From an uncultured Pseudomonadales bacterium (GTDB lineage Bacteria > Patescibacteriota > Microgenomatia > UBA1400 > PJMF01): 64,000 nucleotides of DNA. Of this stretch, positions 39,777 to 49,170 are shown in pieces. A program made the translations under genes and the position numbers. The stretch lies in contig CAZSJW010000001.1 of assembly GCA_964607285.1 (NCBI GenBank), positions 250,555-314,554 on the forward strand, in the 5' to 3' direction. Below the pieces are notes generated by a model. It searched no databases and was not told the DNA's origin. It was given only the letters and a program-made list of their open reading frames with translations. Position 1 is the stretch's first letter; every line of letters starts with the position of its first letter.

Positions 39777-39977
39777 ACGCCATCATCCGCCATCAACGGA
39801 GAGCCTCGCAGCATGCGGGGTGCGCAGACCAAAGAACTCGCCACAATGCGACACTAGACTGGTCCGGGTAAGCCCGTAATCGCTGGAATAAGTCTCGCCA
39901 AAGGCGGGAGAACAGAGGTGGTACCACCACATAGTTGGTCCTCTTGCAAACGTATATACGTGCAAGGGGATTTTTTT
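39777..39977 (+). promoter_or_regulatory. Isoleucine-specific T-box riboswitch (ultrashort Stem I, transcriptional)
   Basis: Specifier ATC at 39792-39794 in the TCCG/CGGA hairpin loop; Stem II with AAGAAC/CACTAGAC internal loop; IIA/B CGGGTAAGCCCG..GCT; Stem III; T-box AGAGG-TGGTACC-ACCA/TGGT-CCTCT; terminator. Confidence 0.92.
39939..39977 (+). terminator. Intrinsic terminator of the ileS T-box
   Basis: TCCTCTTGCA...TGCAAGGGGA followed by T7; overlaps the 3' strand of the antiterminator. Confidence 0.88.
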
Positions 39978-39994
39978 GTCCCCAGAAAGTAACA

Positions 39995-42817
39995 ATGCCA
40001 ACCAAACAACCACTACCAGCCCAACCTAGCTTTCCACAAATGGAGGAAGAAGTCTTGGCATACTGGCAAAAAACCAAAGCTTTTGAGAAGTCAGTGGAGA
40101 TGCGCTCCGCTGATAAAGCGTACATTTTTTATGATGGACCTCCATTCGCCACTGGCCTGCCACACTACGGACACCTCCTCGGCTCAACATCTAAAGACGT
40201 CATCCCTCGCTACTGGACTATGAAGGGCTACCGTGTGGAACGCATCTGGGGCTGGGACTGCCATGGCTTGCCAATTGAGCACATGATAGAAAAAAAACTC
40301 AAGATAACTGGCGGCAAAAAAGGCATCGAGAAACTAGGTATCCACAAGTTCAACGAAGCCTGTCGCTCCGAAGTGCTACGCCTAGATACCGAGTGGGAGA
40401 AAATCATCGCTAGACTAGGACGTTGGGTAGACTTCAAGAACAACTACAAAACCATGGATACATCATATATGGAGTCTGTTTGGTGGGGCTTTAAGCAGCT
40501 GTTTGACAAGGGTTTGGTCTATGAAGGCAAGAAAGTGATTCTCTACTGTCCACGCTGTGCCACCCCACTCTCAAACTTTGAGATCGCCATGGATAACAGC
40601 TACCAAACCGTCACTGAACCTTCTAACACCTACAAGTACAAGCTCAAGGCAGAAGAAAATACCTACATCCTGGCTTGGTCTACAACTCCATGGAACAAGC
40701 TGGCAACTCCAGCTTTAGCAGTTCACCCAACACTCAAGTACGTCAAAGTCAAACAAGGTACAGAGTTCTACGTCTTGGCAGAGAGCACTCTCAAAATTCT
40801 TAGCGATGAATCATACGAAATTGTCAAAACCTATTCGGGCAAAGACCTAGAAAAGTTTGAGTTCGAGCTTCACTACGATTTCTATCCGCGTTCTCAAGGT
40901 CAAAAAGCAGGCGTGATAGTGGCAGATGAGTTCGTCACAGCTGAGGAGGGCACGGGTGTTGTTACCCTAGCCGTCTACGGCGAAGATGACTATCGTGTTA
41001 TGAAAGCCCACAACATTCAGATGGTGGAGCATGTTGATGATGAAGGCAAGCTCAAACCAGAGGTTACACAGTGGGCTGGTATGAACATCCAAGCCGTTAA
41101 TCCCTTAGTCAATGCTGATCTTGCGGAGAGAGGCCTACTGTACTCCGAAGAACCACACACCCACAGTGTGGCCGAGTGTTATCGCTGTAGCACTAGGCTG
41201 TACTACGCACCAATGCCAGCTTGGTTTATCAATGTGCAAGAACTCAAACAGGATTTACTCGAACACAACGAGAGTATCAACTGGTTCCCCAAACATCTCA
41301 AACATGGTCGCTTCAAACATGGCTTAGAAACAGCACCAGACTGGAATATCTCCCGCTCCCGCTACTGGGGCACTCCAATGCCAATCTGGGAAAGTGCAGA
41401 CAAAAAACTGCGCAGAATTGTTGGTTCTGTAGCAGAGCTGCAAGAATGGGCTGTTGATCCAGCCAAGGCTGCTGCAGTAACCGATATTCATCCCGAGTTC
41501 TTGAGTGATATCGAGCTTTGGGTTGATGCTGAGCGCACAGTCAAAGGTACCCGAATCAGTGAAGTCTTCGACTGCTGGGTCGAGTCGGGCTCCATGCCGT
41601 TTGCCCATCGTCACTATCCGTTTGCAAACAAAAAGCAGTTTGAGGCAACTTATCCTGCACAGTTCATCAGCGAGTACATTGCCCAGACCCGAGCCTGGTT
41701 CTACACCATGCACGTTATGTCAGTGGGTGTGTTTGGCAAACCCGCTTTTGAGAACGTTCTCACCACGGGCACAATCTTAGCTGAGGATGGCAGTAAAATG
41801 AGTAAGTCTAAAAATAACTACCCAGATCCCATGGTCTTGATTGACAAATATGGCGTAGATAGCTTGAGGCTGTATTTGATGAGCTCAACGGTCATGAAAT
41901 CGGAAAATCTGAACTTTTCTGAAAAAGAAGTTGGAGACATTCGCAAGAAAGTCTTCCTGATCTGGTGGAATATGTATGCGTTTTACCATCTGTATGCGCC
42001 ATTTGAGGCACAGGAAGTAGCTGAGTTGCCACCGCTCGAAGAAGTCACTGATGTCATGGATCGCTGGGTGCTGAGTCGTTTGGCAACAGTTACGCTGGAA
42101 GTCACCAAGGCATTTGATTCGTACAATACTATCAAGGCGTCTCGGCCGCTGATGGAGTTTGTGAATGAACTTTCTACCTGGTACTTGCGTAGAAGTCGTG
42201 AGCGGTTGAAGGACAACCAGACATCGCTACGGGTGTTTGGGCATGTTTTGTATCGACTGGCACAGTTGTTTGCGCCGCTTGCACCTTTTTTTAGTGAGAA
42301 TATCTACCAGCGAGTGCTAAACACAGATCTTAGTGTGCACCACACGGATTGGCCAGTGCTGGATGCTAGCTTGAGGCATCCAAAGCTAGAAACTAACATG
42401 ACACTCATCCGCTCCGTTGTTGAACGAGTGCATGCTGCTCGCTCTGAGGCTGGAATCAAAGTTCGGCAGCCACTGGCAAATGTGGCAGTTACTGCACCAT
42501 CCAAACCTGAAGATAATCTGCTTGCGGTATTGTTGGAAGAGGTCAATGTTAAGACTGTTAAGTGGACAGTGGGAAGCGACTTAACGGTTAATCTCAACAC
42601 AGAGCTTACTCCTGAATTAGAAGCTGAGGGCAAAGCGCGGGAGCTAATCCGAAGCATTCAGAAGTTGCGGAAGGAAGCGGGGTTGCAGGTTGGAATGCAC
42701 GCTACTGTTACTGTGCCGATGAATACAATTTCAGAAGAGTGGCAGAATCGGGTAGCTGAAATCACGTGCTCAACCATTTTGGTTGGTGACGATTTAAAAA
42801 TCAGTACCGAATCTTGA
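39995..42817 (+). CDS. ileS: Isoleucine--tRNA ligase, type 2
   Basis: DGPPFATGLPHYGH, GWDCHGLP, DWNISRSRYWGTP, KMSKS, no C-terminal Zn finger; start at ATG 39995 after the terminator. Confidence 0.96.
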   Translation: MPTKQPLPAQPSFPQMEEEVLAYWQKTKAFEKSVEMRSADKAYIFYDGPPFATGLPHYGHLLGSTSKDVIPRYWTMKGYRVERIWGWDCHGLPIEHMIEKKLKITGGKKGIEKLGIHKFNEACRSEVLRLDTEWEKIIARLGRWVDFKNNYKTMDTSYMESVWWGFKQLFDKGLVYEGKKVILYCPRCATPLSNFEIAMDNSYQTVTEPSNTYKYKLKAEENTYILAWSTTPWNKLATPALAVHPTLKYVKVKQGTEFYVLAESTLKILSDESYEIVKTYSGKDLEKFEFELHYDFYPRSQGQKAGVIVADEFVTAEEGTGVVTLAVYGEDDYRVMKAHNIQMVEHVDDEGKLKPEVTQWAGMNIQAVNPLVNADLAERGLLYSEEPHTHSVAECYRCSTRLYYAPMPAWFINVQELKQDLLEHNESINWFPKHLKHGRFKHGLETAPDWNISRSRYWGTPMPIWESADKKLRRIVGSVAELQEWAVDPAKAAAVTDIHPEFLSDIELWVDAERTVKGTRISEVFDCWVESGSMPFAHRHYPFANKKQFEATYPAQFISEYIAQTRAWFYTMHVMSVGVFGKPAFENVLTTGTILAEDGSKMSKSKNNYPDPMVLIDKYGVDSLRLYLMSSTVMKSENLNFSEKEVGDIRKKVFLIWWNMYAFYHLYAPFEAQEVAELPPLEEVTDVMDRWVLSRLATVTLEVTKAFDSYNTIKASRPLMEFVNELSTWYLRRSRERLKDNQTSLRVFGHVLYRLAQLFAPLAPFFSENIYQRVLNTDLSVHHTDWPVLDASLRHPKLETNMTLIRSVVERVHAARSEAGIKVRQPLANVAVTAPSKPEDNLLAVLLEEVNVKTVKWTVGSDLTVNLNTELTPELEAEGKARELIRSIQKLRKEAGLQVGMHATVTVPMNTISEEWQNRVAEITCSTILVGDDLKISTES

Positions 42818-42848
42818 TCATAGCTCAGCAACAACCAGGGTACACTAT

Positions 42849-44111
42849 TTAACTTCTTAGAATTAGATACGTAGCATCATCAGTGACTCGGTCAGCCAGT
42901 TGAGCAAGTACTTGCACAGGATTCGATGTCCTCCCGATTTCAAATGCAAGCTTTAGCATCTCTTCCGGCGTGCGTTCTCTAGTACCTATCGGAAGTTTGT
43001 CCAGTCCGTCTGTCCTCACAGTAATTGTAAACTGCATTTCAGGCTCACGAATAAATTCATGCGCTGAAATTTTCTCTCTGTATTGGGACGCGTCTTGCGT
43101 TCCTGCTCCATAGTTTATTTGAGCTGGAGCTGCACCTGATTTGTATGCTATTTCACTGTGATAATTGTCATAGTCTGGTCCTGCAGTGACACCAATCCCT
43201 CCATCACCACCATCTAAATATAAAATCTTCAGAGGATCTGTCTTCGCATCATCATCTATCACGGCAAGACCTAATAAAGTCGAGCTCGCTATTGTTTGAG
43301 GATTACTCATGCCTGCTAGGTAACCCTCTCTTTGCAACTGAGGTAGTGATGCAGATCTCTTAACTGCAATCTGCTCTAACGTGTCCTTCCCAATTGAATG
43401 AAGGTATGCATCCGCGTAGGCAGCAGCTTGACTCATAACCTCAGCAACTCCATCAGCGTCTTTGATATCTCCATTTTTAACTGCTTTGATGCAATACTCT
43501 TGCGCTTTATTTACCAATACTCGAGCCGCAACATCTCCCAGAATAGTACTGCCAACTCCGTCTGCAACGAAAACCACCCTTACGGTGTGACTATTACCAC
43601 TTCCATTTTCGATCCTGAAGGCAAAGACAGTAAGTGCATCAGCACATACCGATAGATCCCTTCCAGCCTCTGAGGCTCTAATACCTATCAAACCTAAATC
43701 GGGGGCATCAATAGTTTCTAGTAAAAATGCAGTAGTATCCTGTGTTGTTGCCTTAATTAAATTTGTATCAGTTTTAGACTCGCCACCCTTTCCAATAGAT
43801 GTAATTCTTGACTTATCCTGGGTTAGAGCATGCAGCTCTGATAGGCTCGGTGCAGAATCCTGATGTTCTTGAGCTGGAACTATAGGTCTAAGAGCAGTAA
43901 TTACTTTATCTGCAGCCACCTCAGGAACTGAGCTCGCACCTGTAATCGGCACCCATGATGTCACGAAACTTGGAGACTGCCGAGCTTCAATCTGCGCAAC
44001 GAGCTCAACTAACTCATTGTCCTGGGGAGGAATCGTTTTTTTCTCGAATCTGAAGGGTAATGCTTTTTCAATTCTTTCTTTTGCCCTATAAAAAACTTCC
44101 ATTATTCTCAT
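42849..44111 (-). CDS. PP2C-like (PPM) phosphatase domain protein with N-terminal extension
   Basis: CAD, VADGVGS, SSTLL, GDGG, TDGL and DDAT metal-binding motifs in PP2C order; start uncertain. Confidence 0.72.
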   Translation of the reverse strand: MRIMEVFYRAKERIEKALPFRFEKKTIPPQDNELVELVAQIEARQSPSFVTSWVPITGASSVPEVAADKVITALRPIVPAQEHQDSAPSLSELHALTQDKSRITSIGKGGESKTDTNLIKATTQDTTAFLLETIDAPDLGLIGIRASEAGRDLSVCADALTVFAFRIENGSGNSHTVRVVFVADGVGSTILGDVAARVLVNKAQEYCIKAVKNGDIKDADGVAEVMSQAAAYADAYLHSIGKDTLEQIAVKRSASLPQLQREGYLAGMSNPQTIASSTLLGLAVIDDDAKTDPLKILYLDGGDGGIGVTAGPDYDNYHSEIAYKSGAAPAQINYGAGTQDASQYREKISAHEFIREPEMQFTITVRTDGLDKLPIGTRERTPEEMLKLAFEIGRTSNPVQVLAQLADRVTDDATYLILRS

Positions 44112-44294
44112 GGGTGCAATTTTAAATGATTTTTTACATTTTTGCATTAGTTGCGATATAGCAAGTTATAAAATAACTGTATACGCAAACCAAAACACGC
44201 CCAATTTTTGGATTTTGCGAAGAAGTGAGCACCTAGAGCCTTCATGCCTCGACGAGCTACAAAATTCCAAAAAATAAACTGCTACAATGACACC

Positions 44295-45356
44295 ATGAGA
44301 ACCTGGATCCTACCAGCAACTATCATGGTTTTGGCGCTACTCAGCCTGGTGGTACTGTCTAGCATTGCACCGACCTTAGCACCCCGACAGGCAGTCTTTT
44401 TCTTGTTGGGGGGTGCTGTTTTCTATGCCGCAAGCTCAATTTCGTTCTCCCGATATCAACAGTCGCATTGGCTGGGTTTTTGGACGACCATAGCATTACT
44501 AATCCTGACGCAGGTACTCGGTCAGGTGACACGAAGCACAACTAGTTGGTTTACCATAGGTGGTTTATTTGCCGTACAACCCTCTCAGCTGGCGGTTCCG
44601 CTGGTTGGACTGAGTGCTGCCGTGACTGCCGCCCGCTTACACATGAGCGCCTTGCTATCAGTTGGAAAATATTTATTGCTGATTGGCGTCCCAACCCTTT
44701 TAATTCTCACTGAGCCAGACCTAGGAACCACAGTCATTTTTGTCGGGGGCATGCTGAGTATTCTCTGGCTGGCACCCACTCGCTTGGCCCATCTGCTCGG
44801 CTTAGTTGCTGCAGGTCTGATATTGATCTTCATCAGCTGGCAGTTTTTAGCTCCGTATCAACAAGCGCGCATTTCTTCTTTCGTCAGCTCGGAAGATCCT
44901 AGAGGAGCTGGGTATAACGCGCGGCAATCGTTAATCGCTGTCGGGTCAGGTGGGGTATGGGGAAGGGGACTAGGTCAGGGAGTACAATCACACCTACGAT
45001 TCTTACCTGAACGCCAAACTGACTTTATATTTGCATCTCTGGCTGAAGAGTTTGGACTGCTTGGTTCACTGTTAGTGCTCTCGCTGTACGCTGCAGTTGT
45101 GTTCACTCTAGTAAGGACGGGTGTGTACAGTGACCACCCTGCAGCACAGTACTTTTGCTTAGCTATGGCCACAGCATTGTTTTTGCAGATTATGGTCAAT
45201 ATTGGGATGAATACTGGCATCATGCCAATTACTGGTATCACCCTGCCACTACTGTCTTATGGGGGAAGTTCTGTGATTGCTACCTGTGGGATGTTGGGGA
45301 TTGTACAAGGTATTGTGCGGCAGATGCCTAAAAGCCAAGCAGTACTAATTTCATAG
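44295..45356 (+). CDS. rodA: SEDS protein RodA
   Basis: QPSQ, EPDLGT, GYNARQSLIAVGSGG, FLPERQTDFIF, TGITLPLLSYGGSS; second SEDS gene outside dcw. Confidence 0.88.
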   Translation: MRTWILPATIMVLALLSLVVLSSIAPTLAPRQAVFFLLGGAVFYAASSISFSRYQQSHWLGFWTTIALLILTQVLGQVTRSTTSWFTIGGLFAVQPSQLAVPLVGLSAAVTAARLHMSALLSVGKYLLLIGVPTLLILTEPDLGTTVIFVGGMLSILWLAPTRLAHLLGLVAAGLILIFISWQFLAPYQQARISSFVSSEDPRGAGYNARQSLIAVGSGGVWGRGLGQGVQSHLRFLPERQTDFIFASLAEEFGLLGSLLVLSLYAAVVFTLVRTGVYSDHPAAQYFCLAMATALFLQIMVNIGMNTGIMPITGITLPLLSYGGSSVIATCGMLGIVQGIVRQMPKSQAVLIS

Positions 45357-45464
45357 CGTATCTAAATTAAAACACATCTACAGACGTATCCTTCTGCCAT
45401 CAACACATATTTGTGGTATAATCACTCTTCTAACGAAACTTCTCGAATTAGTCTGAAAGGGAAT

Positions 45465-45794
45465 ATGTCAGCAGTTGCAGTTATTCAACTCGCCGGAAAG
45501 CAGTATGTTGTCACTGAAGGGGAAACCATTAGTGTAAACAAACTCGAAGTAGCAGAAGGTGAAACCGTAAAGGTCACCGATGTTCTTTTGGCAAACAACG
45601 GTACAAATACACTAGTAGGTGCGCCGATCGTGGCAGGTGCAACTGTAACCCTCAAAGCAACTGAGAACCTAAAGGGTGAAAAAATTAGAGTTTTTAAGTA
45701 TAAATCAAAGTCTCGCTACCGAAAAACTAAAGGTCACAGACAACTTCTGACCAAGCTCGTAGTTGAGTCTATTAAGCTCCCGAAAGCCAGTTAA
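45465..45794 (+). CDS. rplU: 50S ribosomal protein L21
   Basis: AVIQLAGKQYVV, KGEKIRVFKYK...GHRQ; TGgTATAAT promoter and GAAAGGGA RBS upstream. Confidence 0.96.
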   Translation: MSAVAVIQLAGKQYVVTEGETISVNKLEVAEGETVKVTDVLLANNGTNTLVGAPIVAGATVTLKATENLKGEKIRVFKYKSKSRYRKTKGHRQLLTKLVVESIKLPKAS

Positions 45795-45832
45795 ACTCGT
45801 ACTGGATAAGAGTAGAGTACCGTGGGGGTCAT

Positions 45833-46981
45833 ATGCAAGAATATTTATTCCTTCTCGGCAATACTCCTACACTTTCCTTGGCGGAAATTAATTCTGTATT
45901 TCCTGATTTAAACTGCTCACTTATTCATCCTCAAGTAGCCTTTGGAAGTAGTGCTTCCTTCGATCCCCACACTGCAATACGTAGACTTGGCGGCACAATA
46001 AAAATATTGAAGCCAATCGAGCAACACTCCCTGCTAAGCACAGAGGAAGCTGAAGAAAAACTCTTGGAAATCCTCCGAGTTCACCCAAAAGCAATCTCCA
46101 AACTACAGTTTGGCATCGGTGAAATTGGACGAGATCACCTACAACCTATTGAAGAAGCTGTCATTAAAGCCGCATTACAAAAAGAAGGTATCCCTGCACG
46201 ATACCTCTTAGACAGTCGAGCTGGACTCTCTGCTGCAATCCTCTCACATAAAAAAGCCATTATTGAGTTTCTACTCATCAACAACGAAACAGCAACTTTC
46301 ATTGCTGAAACTTTGGCTGTCCAAGATGTAGACAACTGGACAAATCGAGATCGAAATAAGCCATACGCAGATAGTAAAAAAGGCATGCTTCCACCAAAAG
46401 TCGCTCGCATGATGGTCAACTTGGCACTGAGTACAACAGAACCAAACTCAACAATCGTGTGCGATCCATTCTGTGGTTCAGGAACCGTACTACTTGAAGC
46501 AAGTGTGCTTGGTTGTTCTATCATGGGCAGTGATGCTGACCCAGTAGCTATCGATGGCACTGCTAAAAACCTGCGTTGGCTCAACTCGGAGTACAATTTA
46601 GAAAAAGAGTACACACTTCGTAATGCAGACGTTACAAAAGTACAGTTCCCAGCAAACAGTGTTTCACATTTAGTTACAGAACCATTCTTGGGTAAACCAG
46701 GTCCTAGAGAGCACCAGCTTCCAGGAATTTTTAAAGGCCTGCAAAAGCTGTATCTAGGAGCATTTAAGCACTGGAGGAACTTCTTGCAAGATGGTGCCAC
46801 AGTTGTCATTGTTATGCCACTGGTCACAGATTTTGCAGAAACATTTAGTTTGAGATCTTTTATTGACGGTCTAACCGTGTTGGGGTATACTACTTCCTCT
46901 GAGCCGATCGTCTACGCACGTCCAAATGCAACTGTCCAACGCGAGATCTATCAACTCAAGTACACTAAACAAAGTAAGTAA
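45833..46981 (+). CDS. Trm11/UPF0020-like RNA methyltransferase
   Basis: GGTIKI, RDRNKP..D.KKGMLPPKVARMMVNL, DPFCGSGTVLLEA, VTEPFLG. Confidence 0.75.
   Translation: MQEYLFLLGNTPTLSLAEINSVFPDLNCSLIHPQVAFGSSASFDPHTAIRRLGGTIKILKPIEQHSLLSTEEAEEKLLEILRVHPKAISKLQFGIGEIGRDHLQPIEEAVIKAALQKEGIPARYLLDSRAGLSAAILSHKKAIIEFLLINNETATFIAETLAVQDVDNWTNRDRNKPYADSKKGMLPPKVARMMVNLALSTTEPNSTIVCDPFCGSGTVLLEASVLGCSIMGSDADPVAIDGTAKNLRWLNSEYNLEKEYTLRNADVTKVQFPANSVSHLVTEPFLGKPGPREHQLPGIFKGLQKLYLGAFKHWRNFLQDGATVVIVMPLVTDFAETFSLRSFIDGLTVLGYTTSSEPIVYARPNATVQREIYQLKYTKQSK
46863..46891 (+). promoter_or_regulatory. Internal promoter for rpmA inside the methyltransferase gene
   Basis: TTGACG-17 nt-TATACT, ending 96 nt upstream of the rpmA start. 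Confidence 0.65.
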
Positions 46982-46987
46982 CATACT

Positions 46988-47245
46988 ATGTCACACGTTA
47001 AAGCTTCAGGTAGCGTCCGCCAACACAAACAAGGCAAAAGAGAAGGTAAACGTCTCGGTGTCAAGTTATTTGGTGGCCAAGCTGTGAAAACTGGCATGAT
47101 TATTCTTCGCCAACGCGGTGAACAGTACAAACCAGGCAAAGGTGTTGGGTTGGGCAGAGATCACACAATTTTCGCAATGATGGATGGTGTAGTGGCTTTC
47201 GGCAAGCGTTTCGGGCGCACCGTCGTCAATGTTGTAGCACAGTAA
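46988..47245 (+). CDS. rpmA: 50S ribosomal protein L27
   Basis: [33 protein letters not shown]. Confidence 0.97.
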   Translation: MSHVKASGSVRQHKQGKREGKRLGVKLFGGQAVKTGMIILRQRGEQYKPGKGVGLGRDHTIFAMMDGVVAFGKRFGRTVVNVVAQ

Positions 47246-47586
47246 CTACCTCCTCCGTTTCTTTAATTGCGTTCAAATCGATGACACTTCTTTGAGATTT
47301 ATTGTACACTTATTTCATGTAAATGACATTTCAACTCAGTGGCTGGTTTTTGCAAACTGTAACGCAATCAGCTGGAGAAACCGAAGCTGCAACTTTTACT
47401 CGAGGCACATCAGTATTTAAGCCCGCCAAAATCACCTATCAAGATTAAGTTTGGAAGATTTACGAAAGAGGCTTAATCAAAACAGATTTGAAGTAGTGGA
47501 TCAGACCAGCAAGCAAGTCATTGGATATTCAACTAAAACTTATTTCCTTAGTTAAGCAACTATCCAAGTGATGCTATACTACTCGT

Positions 47587-48411
47587 ATGGCAGAAACCGT
47601 TCAATTGCTGGCAGTCAACTTGCTGCAGCCAAACCCATTCCAACCTCGCAACAAAATAGTCAAGGATGAGCTTGATGAGCTGGCAGACTCAATCAAAAAG
47701 CACGGTATTTTGGAACCTTTGATCGTGGCACACACTCCTGCAGGATACCAAATAATAGCGGGGGAGCGCAGATGGCGTGCTGCACAGCTTGCTGGACTCA
47801 CAGAAGTCCCAGCTTTGATCCGAAAAACCACTCCAAAGGGTATGTTGGAGATGGCGCTTATTGAAAATGTCCAGCGCATAAACCTTAGTGCACTTGAGCG
47901 TGCACAAGCCTTTCAGCAACTCATGCGAGAGTTTAGCTACTCCGTTAGTGAAATTGCCGACCGCATCAGCAAATCAGGATCATACATCAGTAATTCACTG
48001 AAGTTATTGCAACTTCCTGATGCTATCAAAGATGGGTTGCTAGGAAAAATGATATCAGAAGGTCATGCTCGAGCAATTGCGGGCATCTCTGATGCCAAAG
48101 AGATGGTTGAAGTTTACAAACAAATTCTCAAAGAAAACGCATCGGTCCGCAGAGCAGAAGAGTTAGCACGTCTCACCAAACAAAAAATTGGCCAAGGTCC
48201 TGTAAGACCAATTCAGCCCAAACGTTTATATCAAGTAAACGACCCTCGAATTGCAGATTGGGAGGAGAGACTTAAAAAAATTCTTCATGCACAATCTAAA
48301 ATAAAACTAAATCGAACCTATAAGCAAACACAGATCACCATCACTTTAAAAGGTGACCCCGAAGAGACACAGCGCGATCTAGAAACAATTATGAAGCTTG
48401 TGGAAAAGTAA
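47587..48411 (+). CDS. parB: ParB/Spo0J partition protein
   Basis: PNPFQPR, IIAGERRWRAA, ALIENVQR, HTH, SEGHARA. Confidence 0.93.
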   Translation: MAETVQLLAVNLLQPNPFQPRNKIVKDELDELADSIKKHGILEPLIVAHTPAGYQIIAGERRWRAAQLAGLTEVPALIRKTTPKGMLEMALIENVQRINLSALERAQAFQQLMREFSYSVSEIADRISKSGSYISNSLKLLQLPDAIKDGLLGKMISEGHARAIAGISDAKEMVEVYKQILKENASVRRAEELARLTKQKIGQGPVRPIQPKRLYQVNDPRIADWEERLKKILHAQSKIKLNRTYKQTQITITLKGDPEETQRDLETIMKLVEK

Positions 48412-48473
48412 CTGTTTGTCTCTGCTGAAACGCATGACAGCGTAGATGCCCAGGTAGTATCACTGTTTTCTAA

Positions 48474-49049
48474 TTAGTAATTCACTGCTGGAATTGTACC
48501 AATTGTATCTACTGGCCAGTAGCGGAAAAACGCCTTGCCGACAATTTCTGATTTCTGCACTGGTCCCCAAGCCCTTGAGTCACTCGAGTATGGTCTGTTA
48601 TCACCTACCATAAAGTACTCATCTGGTCCTAGAGTCACAATCCGATCCTTGGTGTATGCACCTGGCAAAGTTTCGTACTCTTCAGGAATATACGGTTCCG
48701 TTAAAGGTGAGCCGTTTACAATGACTGAGTCATTTCTTACTTCAATGGTATCCCCAGGTAGTCCTAAAACCCGCTTAATGAAGTCACAGCCAGTACCTGC
48801 TGGACACTGTGCTCCTTCAGGAGCATGAAAAACTGCCACATCACCACGTTCTGGGTTGCCCACACGATAACTTACTTTGTCTGTTAGAACATACTCACCA
48901 CTTAAAAAGCTTGGAACCATAGACTGCCCATTCACCTGATGCGGCTGCATAAAAAATAAGTACACAACTAAAAAGATTGACAGTCCAATGACTATTGTTT
49001 CAGTTAAATCTAAAAACAAACTACTAAATGAGCGAAAAATCTTAAACAT
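48474..49049 (-). CDS. lepB: Signal peptidase I
   Basis: GQSMVP, FIKRVLGLPGD, GDNRPYSSDSR. Confidence 0.95.
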   Translation of the reverse strand: MFKIFRSFSSLFLDLTETIVIGLSIFLVVYLFFMQPHQVNGQSMVPSFLSGEYVLTDKVSYRVGNPERGDVAVFHAPEGAQCPAGTGCDFIKRVLGLPGDTIEVRNDSVIVNGSPLTEPYIPEEYETLPGAYTKDRIVTLGPDEYFMVGDNRPYSSDSRAWGPVQKSEIVGKAFFRYWPVDTIGTIPAVNY

Positions 49050-49170
49050 ACTCGGCCAATTATGGATGCTCGGACTAAGAGTTTCAAGCGGTAAATATGA
49101 GTAGACATGCAGGCATATCTATACACTATTGAGAATGGAGTTTTCCCAATAATTCAGTAATAATACAGAT

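Noticed and set aside
39783-40125. Minus-strand ORFs over the ileS leader
   Set aside because: The region is explained by the T-box RNA and the ileS 5' end
47311-47326. parS-like site upstream of parB (TATTTCATGTAAATGA)
   Set aside because: Only 11/16 match to TGTTTCACGTGAAACA and poorly palindromic
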